A stretch of DNA of 32,000 nucleotides, from NCBI RefSeq assembly GCF_000092465.1, contig NC_014205.1, forward strand, positions 1,410,001 through 1,442,000. Reading direction: 5' to 3'. A model generated the notes under the pieces. It was not told the DNA's origin. It did not search any database and was given only the letters and a program-made list of their open reading frames with translations. The stretch is from Staphylothermus hellenicus DSM 12710 (GTDB taxonomy: Archaea; Thermoproteota; Thermoprotei_A; Sulfolobales; Desulfurococcaceae). A program made the translations under genes and the position numbers. This document shows, piece after piece, positions 18,210 to 26,230 of this stretch; position 1 is the first letter of the stretch; the number at the start of each line of letters is the position of its first letter.

Positions 18210-18431
18210 CTGCTCAACAAATCACGTTTCCGAATAATTGAATCATATATTTTCCTAGGTGAAACAAGATACAGAGTAGCAATAACTGGGACAAACATAG
18301 TATTTAATGTTAAAGCTTCTGATGAGAAAGAGGCTTTAGAAAAAGCTTATTCGTTAGCAGTAAAAATGGGTATAACAGATAAGATGGTAGAGGATATAAA
18401 GAATAGGATTAAAACACTGCAGAAACAATAG
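18210..18431 (+). CDS. Candidate 73-aa ORF with non-canonical CTG start
   Basis: The frame is open from 18204 to TAG at 18429-18431, with no ATG/GTG/TTG before codon 53. GGTGA (18199-18203) lies 6 nt upstream of the CTG, the same spacing as the GGTGA-ATG of albA. The translation LNKSRFRIIESYIFLGETRYRVAITGTNIVFNVKASDEKEALEKAYSLAVKMGITDKMVEDIKNRIKTLQKQ looks protein-like. Confidence 0.3.
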   Translation: MLNKSRFRIIESYIFLGETRYRVAITGTNIVFNVKASDEKEALEKAYSLAVKMGITDKMVEDIKNRIKTLQKQ

Positions 18432-18440
18432 TTTCTTTAT

Positions 18441-18500
18441 GAGATGAAGACACTTGCCCCCCAGAGACCCATAGGGGATGAAGACATTACCGCGAACTGA
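18441..18500 (+). ncRNA. Box C/D sRNA candidate
   Basis: AUGAAGA (18444-18450), 11 nt CACUUGCCCCC, CAGA (18462-18465), loop, AUGAAGA (18478-18484), 12 nt CAUUACCGCGAA, CUGA (18497-18500). The segment is GC-rich in an AT-rich spacer. Confidence 0.5.
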
Positions 18501-18752
18501 TCATATCTTCTTAGATCTAAGCTTTCTAAAAGCCTCCAGCCTTTCATTATATTCTGAAACTAAGCGTTTAACATAATCTTTTAACTCGTCAGGAGGAACC
18601 CTCTCAAGTAACTCCCTAAAAAACTTAGATGCGCATCTATTGCTATGGAAAGTAAGTAGTAAGCCACCATATTCTATAACAATACCTTGTCCCTCAGGAA
18701 ATACTCTACCACAAACTATACATTTATACTTCTTCCTCGGCACACTCAGCAA
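18501..18752 (-). CDS. Small zinc-binding protein, L24e/TRASH-like fold candidate
   Basis: KCIVCGRVFPEGQGIVIEYGGLLLTFHSNRCASKF resembles the C-x2-C ... C motif of L24e/TRASH domains. A basic helical tail follows. The start is TTG 18752 or GTG 18743, overlapping the upstream membrane-protein gene. Confidence 0.55.
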   Translation of the reverse strand: MLSVPRKKYKCIVCGRVFPEGQGIVIEYGGLLLTFHSNRCASKFFRELLERVPPDELKDYVKRLVSEYNERLEAFRKLRSKKI

Positions 18753-19452
18753 CCCCTAAATCCCTAACCTTATTTAACAGTTCAGATGCAGAGTCAGTAT
18801 ATAATCTTACTCTGAAATTCTTATTAGTTCTACTCCTTAACTCCACGAAATGTCTTTTTAAATCATATTTATAGCATAGATCACTTGTTAATTCTATGAA
18901 AAACCTATCATTAGCAATGATCCCCCTTTTATAGAGCATGAAGTTCTGTGGCAACATAATATGGGCTCCACTCATCTTACCCATAATAAAGAACCTAAGT
19001 ATACTGAGAATACCGAATACAAATTCATACATTATGAAGAAGTCTAAGAAGTTGACAAGGACAGGATCACCTATAATACTCGATAATAGCTCATGCACTG
19101 GAATAAATACGAATTGTCTATAGAGAGGAAATATTATGAATACTAAGAAAGTTAATAGCAGTAAGCTCATGGATGCTGTAAACTGCTTCTTTAGCTCAGC
19201 TGTTAAAAGTTTATCCAGCATCGCTATTTTTATAGCATTATTCTCCTTGAACAACGGTGATCCCAGTTCTTTCTTAGGAGGTATCTTACTCATCTTCCTA
19301 GTACTTCTAAACATGAAAGCCATAATTATGATGAAGTATAATATGAAAATATATATGTAATATTGTGGAATGAAAGCTGTCACTAAAGAAATCAACAATA
19401 TACTTATCTGGCTTATCAATAACGAGGTTTTCCGTGATGGCTGTTTCATCAT
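18724..19452 (-). CDS. Conserved-looking membrane protein, function unknown
   Basis: 242 aa with about four hydrophobic helices and a soluble C-terminal domain. It overlaps the downstream zinc-protein gene. Confidence 0.6.
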   Translation of the reverse strand: MMKQPSRKTSLLISQISILLISLVTAFIPQYYIYIFILYFIIIMAFMFRSTRKMSKIPPKKELGSPLFKENNAIKIAMLDKLLTAELKKQFTASMSLLLLTFLVFIIFPLYRQFVFIPVHELLSSIIGDPVLVNFLDFFIMYEFVFGILSILRFFIMGKMSGAHIMLPQNFMLYKRGIIANDRFFIELTSDLCYKYDLKRHFVELRSRTNKNFRVRLYTDSASELLNKVRDLGVAECAEEEV

Positions 19453-19573
19453 ATTAGATCACACAATCCTTAAACTATAAATAAACTACAGTATTAACTA
19501 TTAATACTCCTTTATAAATCAATTTTTACTAGCAGATAATATAATGCTCCCTTAAATATAGTTACAATAATGG

Positions 19574-19624
19574 ATGATGAATCGCCACTTATCAGATGGC
19601 TGTGAAGAGGGCCTGTGTTACTGA
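19574..19624 (+). ncRNA. Box C/D sRNA (best candidate in the window)
   Basis: AUGAUGA (19574-19580), 12 nt AUCGCCACUUAU, CAGA (19593-19596), 5-nt loop, GUGAAGA (19602-19608), 12 nt GGGCCUGUGUUA, CUGA (19621-19624). It is intergenic, with exact 12/12 spacing. Confidence 0.7.
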
Positions 19625-19669
19625 CATATCTTATTATTAATCACTATGATTACGATAATTGAATAGGCG

Positions 19670-19724
19670 ATGAGGAAATGCCCGAGACAGATGCTTATTC
19701 GGTGAAGAAGTTATCCCCGTCCGA
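19670..19724 (+). ncRNA. Second, degenerate box C/D sRNA candidate in tandem
   Basis: AUGAGGA (19670-19676), 11 nt AAUGCCCGAGA, CAGA (19688-19691), 10-nt loop, GUGAAGA (19702-19708), 12 nt AGUUAUCCCCGU, CCGA (19721-19724). It overlaps the first 47 nt of the ORF-track CDS 19678..20277. Confidence 0.3.
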
Positions 19725-20277
19725 GCCTATGGTAACAATTAGATTATTCATAGAAGTTCCTAGACAAATTCCTCTAACCAAGATCGAGAAGACTCTTTCA
19801 AGAAAATATGGCTATAAAACCATGATCACTTCTCCATATTCACTAGAAGCACGGATAAGTATGCCTATAAGACTATTATCTGAATTGCTCGATAAAGTAG
19901 AATCCACAATTAGAGATTTATCTGTGAAAGCCTCGAGTATCTGTATAGATTACTATGTTGTTTTAAAAACCGATAAATGCTTATGCAATATATACGATGA
20001 TAAAAAAATAATAAAAAGAGAAGTCTTGGGATCAAAAATATTTTGTCTAGTAGAGATTAGCGATGATATTGTAGCATTTATTTATTGTAGATTAGATAAA
20101 AAAAGATATCAAACCATAAGGTTCTTGGAAAAAGAAAAGTTCACAAGTAGCGATCTCCTACAACTGCCTAAAACCCTATTTATAAGGTGCAAATGGGAAG
20201 ATCATGCTAAAGAAGTTAAACGTATCAGATATAATATAGAAACATTTATTAATAATATATTACTGGAGACCATGTGA
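19678..20277 (+). CDS. Hypothetical protein (199 aa, or 182 aa from ATG 19729)
   Basis: Long ORF with no recognisable motifs. The alternative start MVTIRLF at 19729 would clear the upstream sRNA-like element. Confidence 0.5.
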   Translation: MPETDAYSVKKLSPSEPMVTIRLFIEVPRQIPLTKIEKTLSRKYGYKTMITSPYSLEARISMPIRLLSELLDKVESTIRDLSVKASSICIDYYVVLKTDKCLCNIYDDKKIIKREVLGSKIFCLVEISDDIVAFIYCRLDKKRYQTIRFLEKEKFTSSDLLQLPKTLFIRCKWEDHAKEVKRIRYNIETFINNILLETM

Positions 20278-20331
20278 TGAACGCCCTATCCATAGACCAT
20301 ATGGGATGATGAATTATCGAACCCAAGCTGA
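20274..20331 (+). ncRNA. Box C/D sRNA candidate
   Basis: GUGAUGA (20274-20280, contains the TGA stop of the upstream CDS), 12 nt ACGCCCUAUCCA, UAGA (20293-20296), loop. The next box is AUGAUGA (20306-20312) or, in the overlapping register, AUGAAUU (20309-20315). A 15 or 12 nt guide ending AUCGAACCCAAG follows, then CUGA (20328-20331). Confidence 0.55.
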
Positions 20332-20347
20332 ACATTTATTATAAGCG

Positions 20348-21703
20348 GTGACCATGTTGTTCTTCAACGATCCTACAACGGACTTTGTTTTCAAAATTAT
20401 TATTTCATTCCTAGTTGGGGCTTTAATAGGTTTGGAACGAGAAAGAACCCGTATTGTATCTATTGAGAAAAGGAGTGGGGATAAGAAATACTCTATATTG
20501 CCGGGAATACGTTCTTTCGGCTTATTAAGCCTATATGGAATGATAATATCATATACATCTTTCAATACAAGCTATCCCGACATACGTATCGTATTAACAT
20601 TCTTCATGATCTTAATTATATTCATTGTATTTGTAACATATATTTATCAGAGAAGCATACAAGCGCGTAGAACAGGTATAACAACATATATAGTTATGAG
20701 TATAGCTCTAATACTCGGTTTCCTAGTCGGTATAGATAAGGTCTATGAAGCTATTGCTGCATCAGTATTCGTTACCTTAATACTTGCAACTAAGCCTTCA
20801 ATACAAGCATTTGTTAAAGGTATTACGTATAAAGAGCTCTTATCAGGATTAGAGCTGGGATTATTTGTCTTTGTTCTAGGACCCTTCTTTTTAATTCAAC
20901 ATCCAAAGATTATGGATATTGATTTATCAACATTTTATATACTGTTCATAGTGATCCTTATATTATCGTATTTTAGCTATATAGCTGTTAAAATAAAGGG
21001 ATCAAAGGCTCTTAAATATATTGCTTTTTTAGGCGGACTAGTCAATAGTGAAGCAGCAGTATCCAATATAGCTAACGTATTATCGGAACAAGATATCCAT
21101 GATAAAGAACTAATTAATCTAATGAAAAAATATACATATCTAATCATTACTGCAATGATTATACGGAACCTGGTTATTTTCCTCATATTAGGCTATAATT
21201 TCCTCGAATACATCCAATTAGCATATATATCACTAGCAATATTAGCAGCAATGACTGTACCATTGACCGTATCTGTAAAAACGCTGTTTTTCGAACGCGA
21301 AGAATACGTGAGGAATCTACGAGTTACTATTGAAAACCCATTAACTTTCAATGTAGCATTAAAAGTTGTTCTAGCATATTCAACAATATTTATACTAGGT
21401 TTTATAGTAGCATCAATCCTTCCAGTAGAATGGCTAATAATCGTGTCTTTGATCGGTGGATTCGTTAATGCAGGAGCAACTATATTAACAATGTTAACAC
21501 TAGCCGGTGTGGAGTCTATATCAACAAAGTTTCTCGGAATACTAATAATAACATCGCTAGCAGCAGGGATCTCAAACAAAGTATTCTTCGTAAAAACTAT
21601 TGCTAAGAGAAAAGCTCTAGTCTATGCTAGTTTTGAAAGCGTTTCTTTATCTATTATATCATCTATTATAGCTATCATATTGCTCATACTGTTTGCACCG
21701 TAG
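20348..21703 (+). CDS. MgtC/SapB-family N-terminal domain fused to a DUF4010-like polytopic membrane domain
   Basis: FKIIISFLVGALIGLERE is the characteristic MgtC-family opening motif. About 12 TM helices follow. The start is GTG 20348 or ATG 20354. Confidence 0.7.
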   Translation: MTMLFFNDPTTDFVFKIIISFLVGALIGLERERTRIVSIEKRSGDKKYSILPGIRSFGLLSLYGMIISYTSFNTSYPDIRIVLTFFMILIIFIVFVTYIYQRSIQARRTGITTYIVMSIALILGFLVGIDKVYEAIAASVFVTLILATKPSIQAFVKGITYKELLSGLELGLFVFVLGPFFLIQHPKIMDIDLSTFYILFIVILILSYFSYIAVKIKGSKALKYIAFLGGLVNSEAAVSNIANVLSEQDIHDKELINLMKKYTYLIITAMIIRNLVIFLILGYNFLEYIQLAYISLAILAAMTVPLTVSVKTLFFEREEYVRNLRVTIENPLTFNVALKVVLAYSTIFILGFIVASILPVEWLIIVSLIGGFVNAGATILTMLTLAGVESISTKFLGILIITSLAAGISNKVFFVKTIAKRKALVYASFESVSLSIISSIIAIILLILFAP

Positions 21704-21707
21704 TAGA

Positions 21708-21736
21708 AGACCTTAAATATTAGGTATAGACCTTAA
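21708..21736 (+). promoter_or_regulatory. Direct repeat AGACCTTAA x2, 20 bp apart, flanking a TTAAATAT TATA-like element upstream of alba2
   Basis: The copies are at 21708-21716 and 21728-21736, read directly. Both are preceded by GTA. Confidence 0.3.
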
Positions 21737-21754
21737 CAATACACAGTTAAGATA

Positions 21755-22048
21755 TTGAGAAGGGAGGGGATAGGTGAATTGTATTCGCCGACGACAAAAA
21801 TAATTGATATTGGTAGAAGACCGATTGATGACTATGTATTTGAAGCAATAGTTAGTTTTCAAGAAGGAATAGATAATATTATATTGAAGGGCCGAGGAGA
21901 CTTTATAAGCAGAGCCATAGATGTGTATTGGGCATTAAAAGATCGTCTTGGAAACAGTATAGAATTATTGGATATTGAAATTGGAAGCGAGAGAGTAAGG
22001 GGAAGAATGAGATCATATATTGCATTAAAGATTATGAGAAAATACTAG
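21755..22048 (+). CDS. Alba-family chromatin protein, divergent paralogue (Alba2-like)
   Basis: The ILKGRGDFISRAIDVYWALKDRL core matches the Alba fold signature (compare [21 protein letters not shown] in the canonical copy at 25867). The start is TTG 21755 or in-frame TTG 21779 (giving 89 aa). Confidence 0.8.
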   Translation: MRREGIGELYSPTTKIIDIGRRPIDDYVFEAIVSFQEGIDNIILKGRGDFISRAIDVYWALKDRLGNSIELLDIEIGSERVRGRMRSYIALKIMRKY

Positions 22049-25000
22049 GCAGAAGCCTCAGCTACAACCTCCCTTATCGATAATGGCAACTTATATCTCC
22101 TAATTCTATCTAGAACCCTACTTATCTCATCAGCTGCTCTCATCTCCCCCTTAGCTATTAAATCGATCCGCATCTCCATATCCCTAGTTGTATCAATAGA
22201 TACAAGCTCTGGAAAACTATTAGATAAATAATTGTATACTTCTATACCTGTCTTAGTAGGTATTAAGAAGCCTCTCTTCTTAGATCTAATAACATATCCG
22301 TGACGCACAATACTACTTATGATCTTGGAATAAGTACTTGGCCTACCTAGTCCATGCTCCTTCATTAACTTAACCAAACCCCCCTCCGAACAGAGAGGCT
22401 TTGTAGAAGTAACCATTGCCTTAATATCTTTAATGCTTATATTAACCCTATCATGTCCTTTAAGGAAACTATAGGTCTTAGAACCCATAATAATGTTAAA
22501 TCCATCCTCAACTATCTCAATAGGTAAAACAAGTGTTTTAACCACCTTATTATTGATTACAACATCGTATTCGCCGATAAGAGCCTTATATGGATTCATT
22601 TGGCTAGATATGAATCTCTTAAAGATTAAATCATATACGCGGTAGTGTAGCCAAGTCAACGGGATTGTCGGAGCAACTATTCCCTCAACAACAGCTTTTT
22701 CAAGATCCTCCCTATCAAGGGGGTGAACAGGACGTATTGCTTCATGAGCTCCTTTATTGCCCCAATGGCTTGGATGAAAATGTTTCATGAGATCCTTGTT
22801 TTCAAGATACTTAGAAGCAACACTTATACCAGCTGATGATACGTAGTGATAACTTGTTCTGTGATAAGTTATTAGCCCCGACTCAAATAGTTCTTGAGCT
22901 ATTTTCATAGTGAGGGATGAGGGTATACCTATACGGGAAGCATCATATAATAGCTCATCTGTGGTATATGGTGGCGGTGGATTAAAGGTTTCTATTCTCG
23001 AATTCTTCAACACAAGTGTTACATGATCTACGCTGCGCATTTCCTTGTAGAGATCCTTATCTTTTAAATCAATGCATATAGAGAACTTGAAGCCTTTATG
23101 CTCAGTAATATATATTATTTTCCTACACTTATTAGAAACATATTCATTATAGTGATCAATAATCCATCCCAAAACGGGAGTCTGCACTCTTCCAGCTCCA
23201 AGCCATTTCTTAGAATATTTCCTCCAAAGCTCCTGGCTTAGACTAAAACCTATAATTCTATCCAGCACTCTACGATAGATCTCGGCTTCAACAAGTTTTC
23301 TATTAATATCCCGTTTATTCTCTAAAGCATTTAAGAACTCATTAAGTGTTATCTCATGTAGTTCTATGCGCCAAACCTTGTCTACGAATCCTTTAATAGT
23401 TAAGTAGACATCATAAGCTATTTTTTCGCCTTCAATATCTGGATCAGTAGCAATATATACTTCATCAGCTTCTTGAGCAAGTTTTCTAAGTACATTTACC
23501 ACCTCATATGAATCCGTAAAACTTGTACTGCCACATCTAGGACATCTATCTCCATAAGTGAATTGATGACCGCAAATCCTACAACGCTTAATTGAAGTAT
23601 AAACAGGGGATATCCTGTGATCTTCTATTAGGACACCGTGATTAGGAATAGATGGATCAGTTGTTAAATCGAATAAGTGTCCACGAGTGGCTACAATATT
23701 TAAATGTATCACTTCAGAATCTTTAACAAAAGGTATTTCATAAACACTTATTGAGCCAATCTTTCTCCTAACAGGTTTCCCGAAAAACCTTGCAATAGTT
23801 TTCGCTTTAGTAGGAGATTCAACAACTACCAATATGTTTCTATAAGTTAAAACAGGTCCTTTCAGCTCTCTTCTAGTCTTCTCTATAAGCTTTCTCTCCC
23901 CGTATAAATCAACATTACTAATATCTTTAAAAACGAAACCATGGCTAAACATGTTCATTTTAAGACTTAACCCATTAACTAAATTACTTAGGAATTCATA
24001 CTCTACAACCAAGGATAATCCATGAGTCATTCTTCCCAGATATAATCTACTACACCTACCGCTTGCCTGAATATATGTCATTACATCAGGGATTAACGCG
24101 TAGAACTTGTTATCAGCATGATAGAAGGTAATAGTATTCATATTAACAACTTTTTTCTTAGATAATAATTCTTCAAGAGATTTTCTTATTTCATTATAGA
24201 AACCCAGTATTTGTTCATAAACCTTAGCTACACGAGAATCCTTGCCTAAATCATTAATCGTTATCTTATTCTTTAACAACATAGATAATAGTTTTATCTC
24301 GCCACTATTAAGTGGAAAAACCAGTCTTCTTATAGCAGAAGCCATTCCCCGATACCTTTGATCACCGAGAACCTCACTCAGCATTAACGAGACACGAATA
24401 AGCATATTGGGAGATGCAAGAAATGAGCCTAGCTCAACTGTGAATAGAGGAGTGCCAATAAATAATACATATTTTATGGTTTCAGGAGCATCTATGCCGC
24501 GCACACTAACTCCATAATAGCTGGAACTACCTATTAAGAAATCATATTCGCCTCTAATGAACTTTTTAATAGTTGATGGGTTAGCTTCAGCAACACGATA
24601 TCCTCTCTCTTCAAGCTTTTCTCTTAAAAGCTTAACTAGCTCGAGCAATTTCTTCTTCAAAGGATGCCTAGGACTTATGAAAATTAAAGCCCCTGGGCCA
24701 AGAATCTTTATAACCTCTATTATATTATCAGCATCGCTCACATAATCGTTTATTAATAGATATGTATCAGTTATATTCCTACCATAAACAGTGATCCCGG
24801 AAACATCTATTCTTAATAGATCCCTCATCACCTTTGCATAAGTACCCTTCATCCTGCCAGTAGCTGAAGCTATTACCACTTGTTTCCTACTAGTATTCCT
24901 TAATAATTTATCGATCTCTGCTTCAATCTCTATTAATTCCTCAATATATCTTCTATAATCCTCCTCCTTGTTCAACGACTTTGAAAGCATTAGTTTCCAT

Positions 25001-25707
25001 ATAATAGAGTTTCTCTTCTTCGCTTTCTCAATTAATTCCTCATGAAAACCCAGGAGTTTCATAAGCCTCAATATATTTTTAGAGCTCCTCATCAAAGAGT
25101 CTACATCATCTATAACTATTAATCCAATATGGCTTGGATCAATGAGATCATAGTGTCTATTCAAGAAATGATTTGTTAGAACAAGTATATCGTATTCGTT
25201 ATTCTTAATCTTTAAAAGTATTTCTTCTCTTCTCTTTTTACTTAGTCCTGAATCATAAAATAATATATTAATACATGTTCCACAAACGTTTTCAGCAGCT
25301 TCAATAATTCTATTATAGATCTGTTTAGCTAATGCCCTTGTCGGCGCGAAAAATAATACTTTTTTACCATAATTCTTAGCAACATATACACTATAAACTA
25401 CTAGGAGAGTTGTCTTACCCATACCTGTTGGTGCAACAATAACTGTGTTTTCACCATTCAATAATCTCTTAACCCATGTTAACTGAGCACCCCAAGGCTT
25501 AAGATTCCCAGTAGCTTTTCTGAAGAAACTTGTAAAATCCTCTAAATCCTCCTTGAAAGCACGGTATAAGGTGAGTGCGTTGAAAGAATTTCTCGTTTCA
25601 CCACTGCATTTTCCACATACTCCAAAATCCCATAAACTATTAGCAAAAACATCTCCACTACAAGTTGGACATAGATTCTTATATATAGGATCAAGTATCT
25701 TCTCCAA
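22045..25707 (-). CDS. rgy: Reverse gyrase
   Basis: 1220 aa. N-terminal Zn finger CPTCSG...CGKCSG, SF2 helicase motifs APTGMGKTT and VIDDVD, a second Zn finger CRICGH...CPRCG, Toprim VVVESPTKAKTIARFF and ATDPDIEGE, and a topo IA active-site region LITYHRTS. Confidence 0.95.
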   Translation of the reverse strand: MEKILDPIYKNLCPTCSGDVFANSLWDFGVCGKCSGETRNSFNALTLYRAFKEDLEDFTSFFRKATGNLKPWGAQLTWVKRLLNGENTVIVAPTGMGKTTLLVVYSVYVAKNYGKKVLFFAPTRALAKQIYNRIIEAAENVCGTCINILFYDSGLSKKRREEILLKIKNNEYDILVLTNHFLNRHYDLIDPSHIGLIVIDDVDSLMRSSKNILRLMKLLGFHEELIEKAKKRNSIIWKLMLSKSLNKEEDYRRYIEELIEIEAEIDKLLRNTSRKQVVIASATGRMKGTYAKVMRDLLRIDVSGITVYGRNITDTYLLINDYVSDADNIIEVIKILGPGALIFISPRHPLKKKLLELVKLLREKLEERGYRVAEANPSTIKKFIRGEYDFLIGSSSYYGVSVRGIDAPETIKYVLFIGTPLFTVELGSFLASPNMLIRVSLMLSEVLGDQRYRGMASAIRRLVFPLNSGEIKLLSMLLKNKITINDLGKDSRVAKVYEQILGFYNEIRKSLEELLSKKKVVNMNTITFYHADNKFYALIPDVMTYIQASGRCSRLYLGRMTHGLSLVVEYEFLSNLVNGLSLKMNMFSHGFVFKDISNVDLYGERKLIEKTRRELKGPVLTYRNILVVVESPTKAKTIARFFGKPVRRKIGSISVYEIPFVKDSEVIHLNIVATRGHLFDLTTDPSIPNHGVLIEDHRISPVYTSIKRCRICGHQFTYGDRCPRCGSTSFTDSYEVVNVLRKLAQEADEVYIATDPDIEGEKIAYDVYLTIKGFVDKVWRIELHEITLNEFLNALENKRDINRKLVEAEIYRRVLDRIIGFSLSQELWRKYSKKWLGAGRVQTPVLGWIIDHYNEYVSNKCRKIIYITEHKGFKFSICIDLKDKDLYKEMRSVDHVTLVLKNSRIETFNPPPPYTTDELLYDASRIGIPSSLTMKIAQELFESGLITYHRTSYHYVSSAGISVASKYLENKDLMKHFHPSHWGNKGAHEAIRPVHPLDREDLEKAVVEGIVAPTIPLTWLHYRVYDLIFKRFISSQMNPYKALIGEYDVVINNKVVKTLVLPIEIVEDGFNIIMGSKTYSFLKGHDRVNISIKDIKAMVTSTKPLCSEGGLVKLMKEHGLGRPSTYSKIISSIVRHGYVIRSKKRGFLIPTKTGIEVYNYLSNSFPELVSIDTTRDMEMRIDLIAKGEMRAADEISRVLDRIRRYKLPLSIREVVAEASA

Positions 25708-25798
25708 TTTATAAACACCCTCGTTGAAAGAATTGTTTTAAACAATTGGTTTAAAAAGAAGAGACCTGATAACACCGATCAAATGATGAGAGAAAAGC

Positions 25799-25824
25799 TT
25801 TTATAGAATATACAGTATTTAAAG
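25799..25824 (+). promoter_or_regulatory. Two TATA-like elements (TTTTATAG, TATTTAAAG) upstream of albA
   Basis: They lie 45-65 nt upstream of ATG 25867. GGTGA at 25856-25860 is 6 nt from the ATG, implying a leadered, SD-dependent mRNA. Confidence 0.3.
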
Positions 25825-25866
25825 TCTTCCAGACATAGAAACAACTAATCAACTAGGTGAAACAAA

Positions 25867-26163
25867 ATGGCCGAGGCACAACCACAAGCTGCAAATACTG
25901 TGTTAGTAGGTAAGAAACCTGTAATGAACTATGTAATCGCAGTATTAACCCTAATACACCAAGGTGTCAAAGAGATCGTTGTAAAGGCTAGGGGAAGAGC
26001 AATAAGCAAAGCAGTAGACACAGTTGAAATAGTTAGGAACAGATTCCTACCAGGCAAAGTAGAGCTTGAAGACATCAACATCGGCAGCCAAACAGTAACA
26101 AACCCAGCAGGACGCGAAACCAGAGTAAGCACTATCGAGATAAAGCTCAAGGTTAAAGAGTAA
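25867..26163 (+). CDS. albA: Chromatin protein Alba (Sac10b family)
   Basis: [49 protein letters not shown] is a near-textbook Alba sequence; 98 aa. Confidence 0.92.
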   Translation: MAEAQPQAANTVLVGKKPVMNYVIAVLTLIHQGVKEIVVKARGRAISKAVDTVEIVRNRFLPGKVELEDINIGSQTVTNPAGRETRVSTIEIKLKVKE

Positions 26164-26230
26164 AGAAGCCTATTAAACCAGTATAATAATACGAAATAGT
26201 TTTTCTAAACATAACACCATATATAGGGCT

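Noticed and set aside
23430-23470. CUGAUGA...CUGA on the minus strand inside reverse gyrase.
   Set aside because: It encodes the conserved Toprim motif EADEVYIATDPD and has no partner boxes, so it is coincidental.
25774-25835. A perfect AUGAUGA (within caaATGATGAgag) upstream of albA, considered as a C box.
   Set aside because: There is no D-prime at 10-13 nt, no C-prime, and only a CAGA 40 nt downstream. The region is better explained as the albA promoter with its TATA-like elements.
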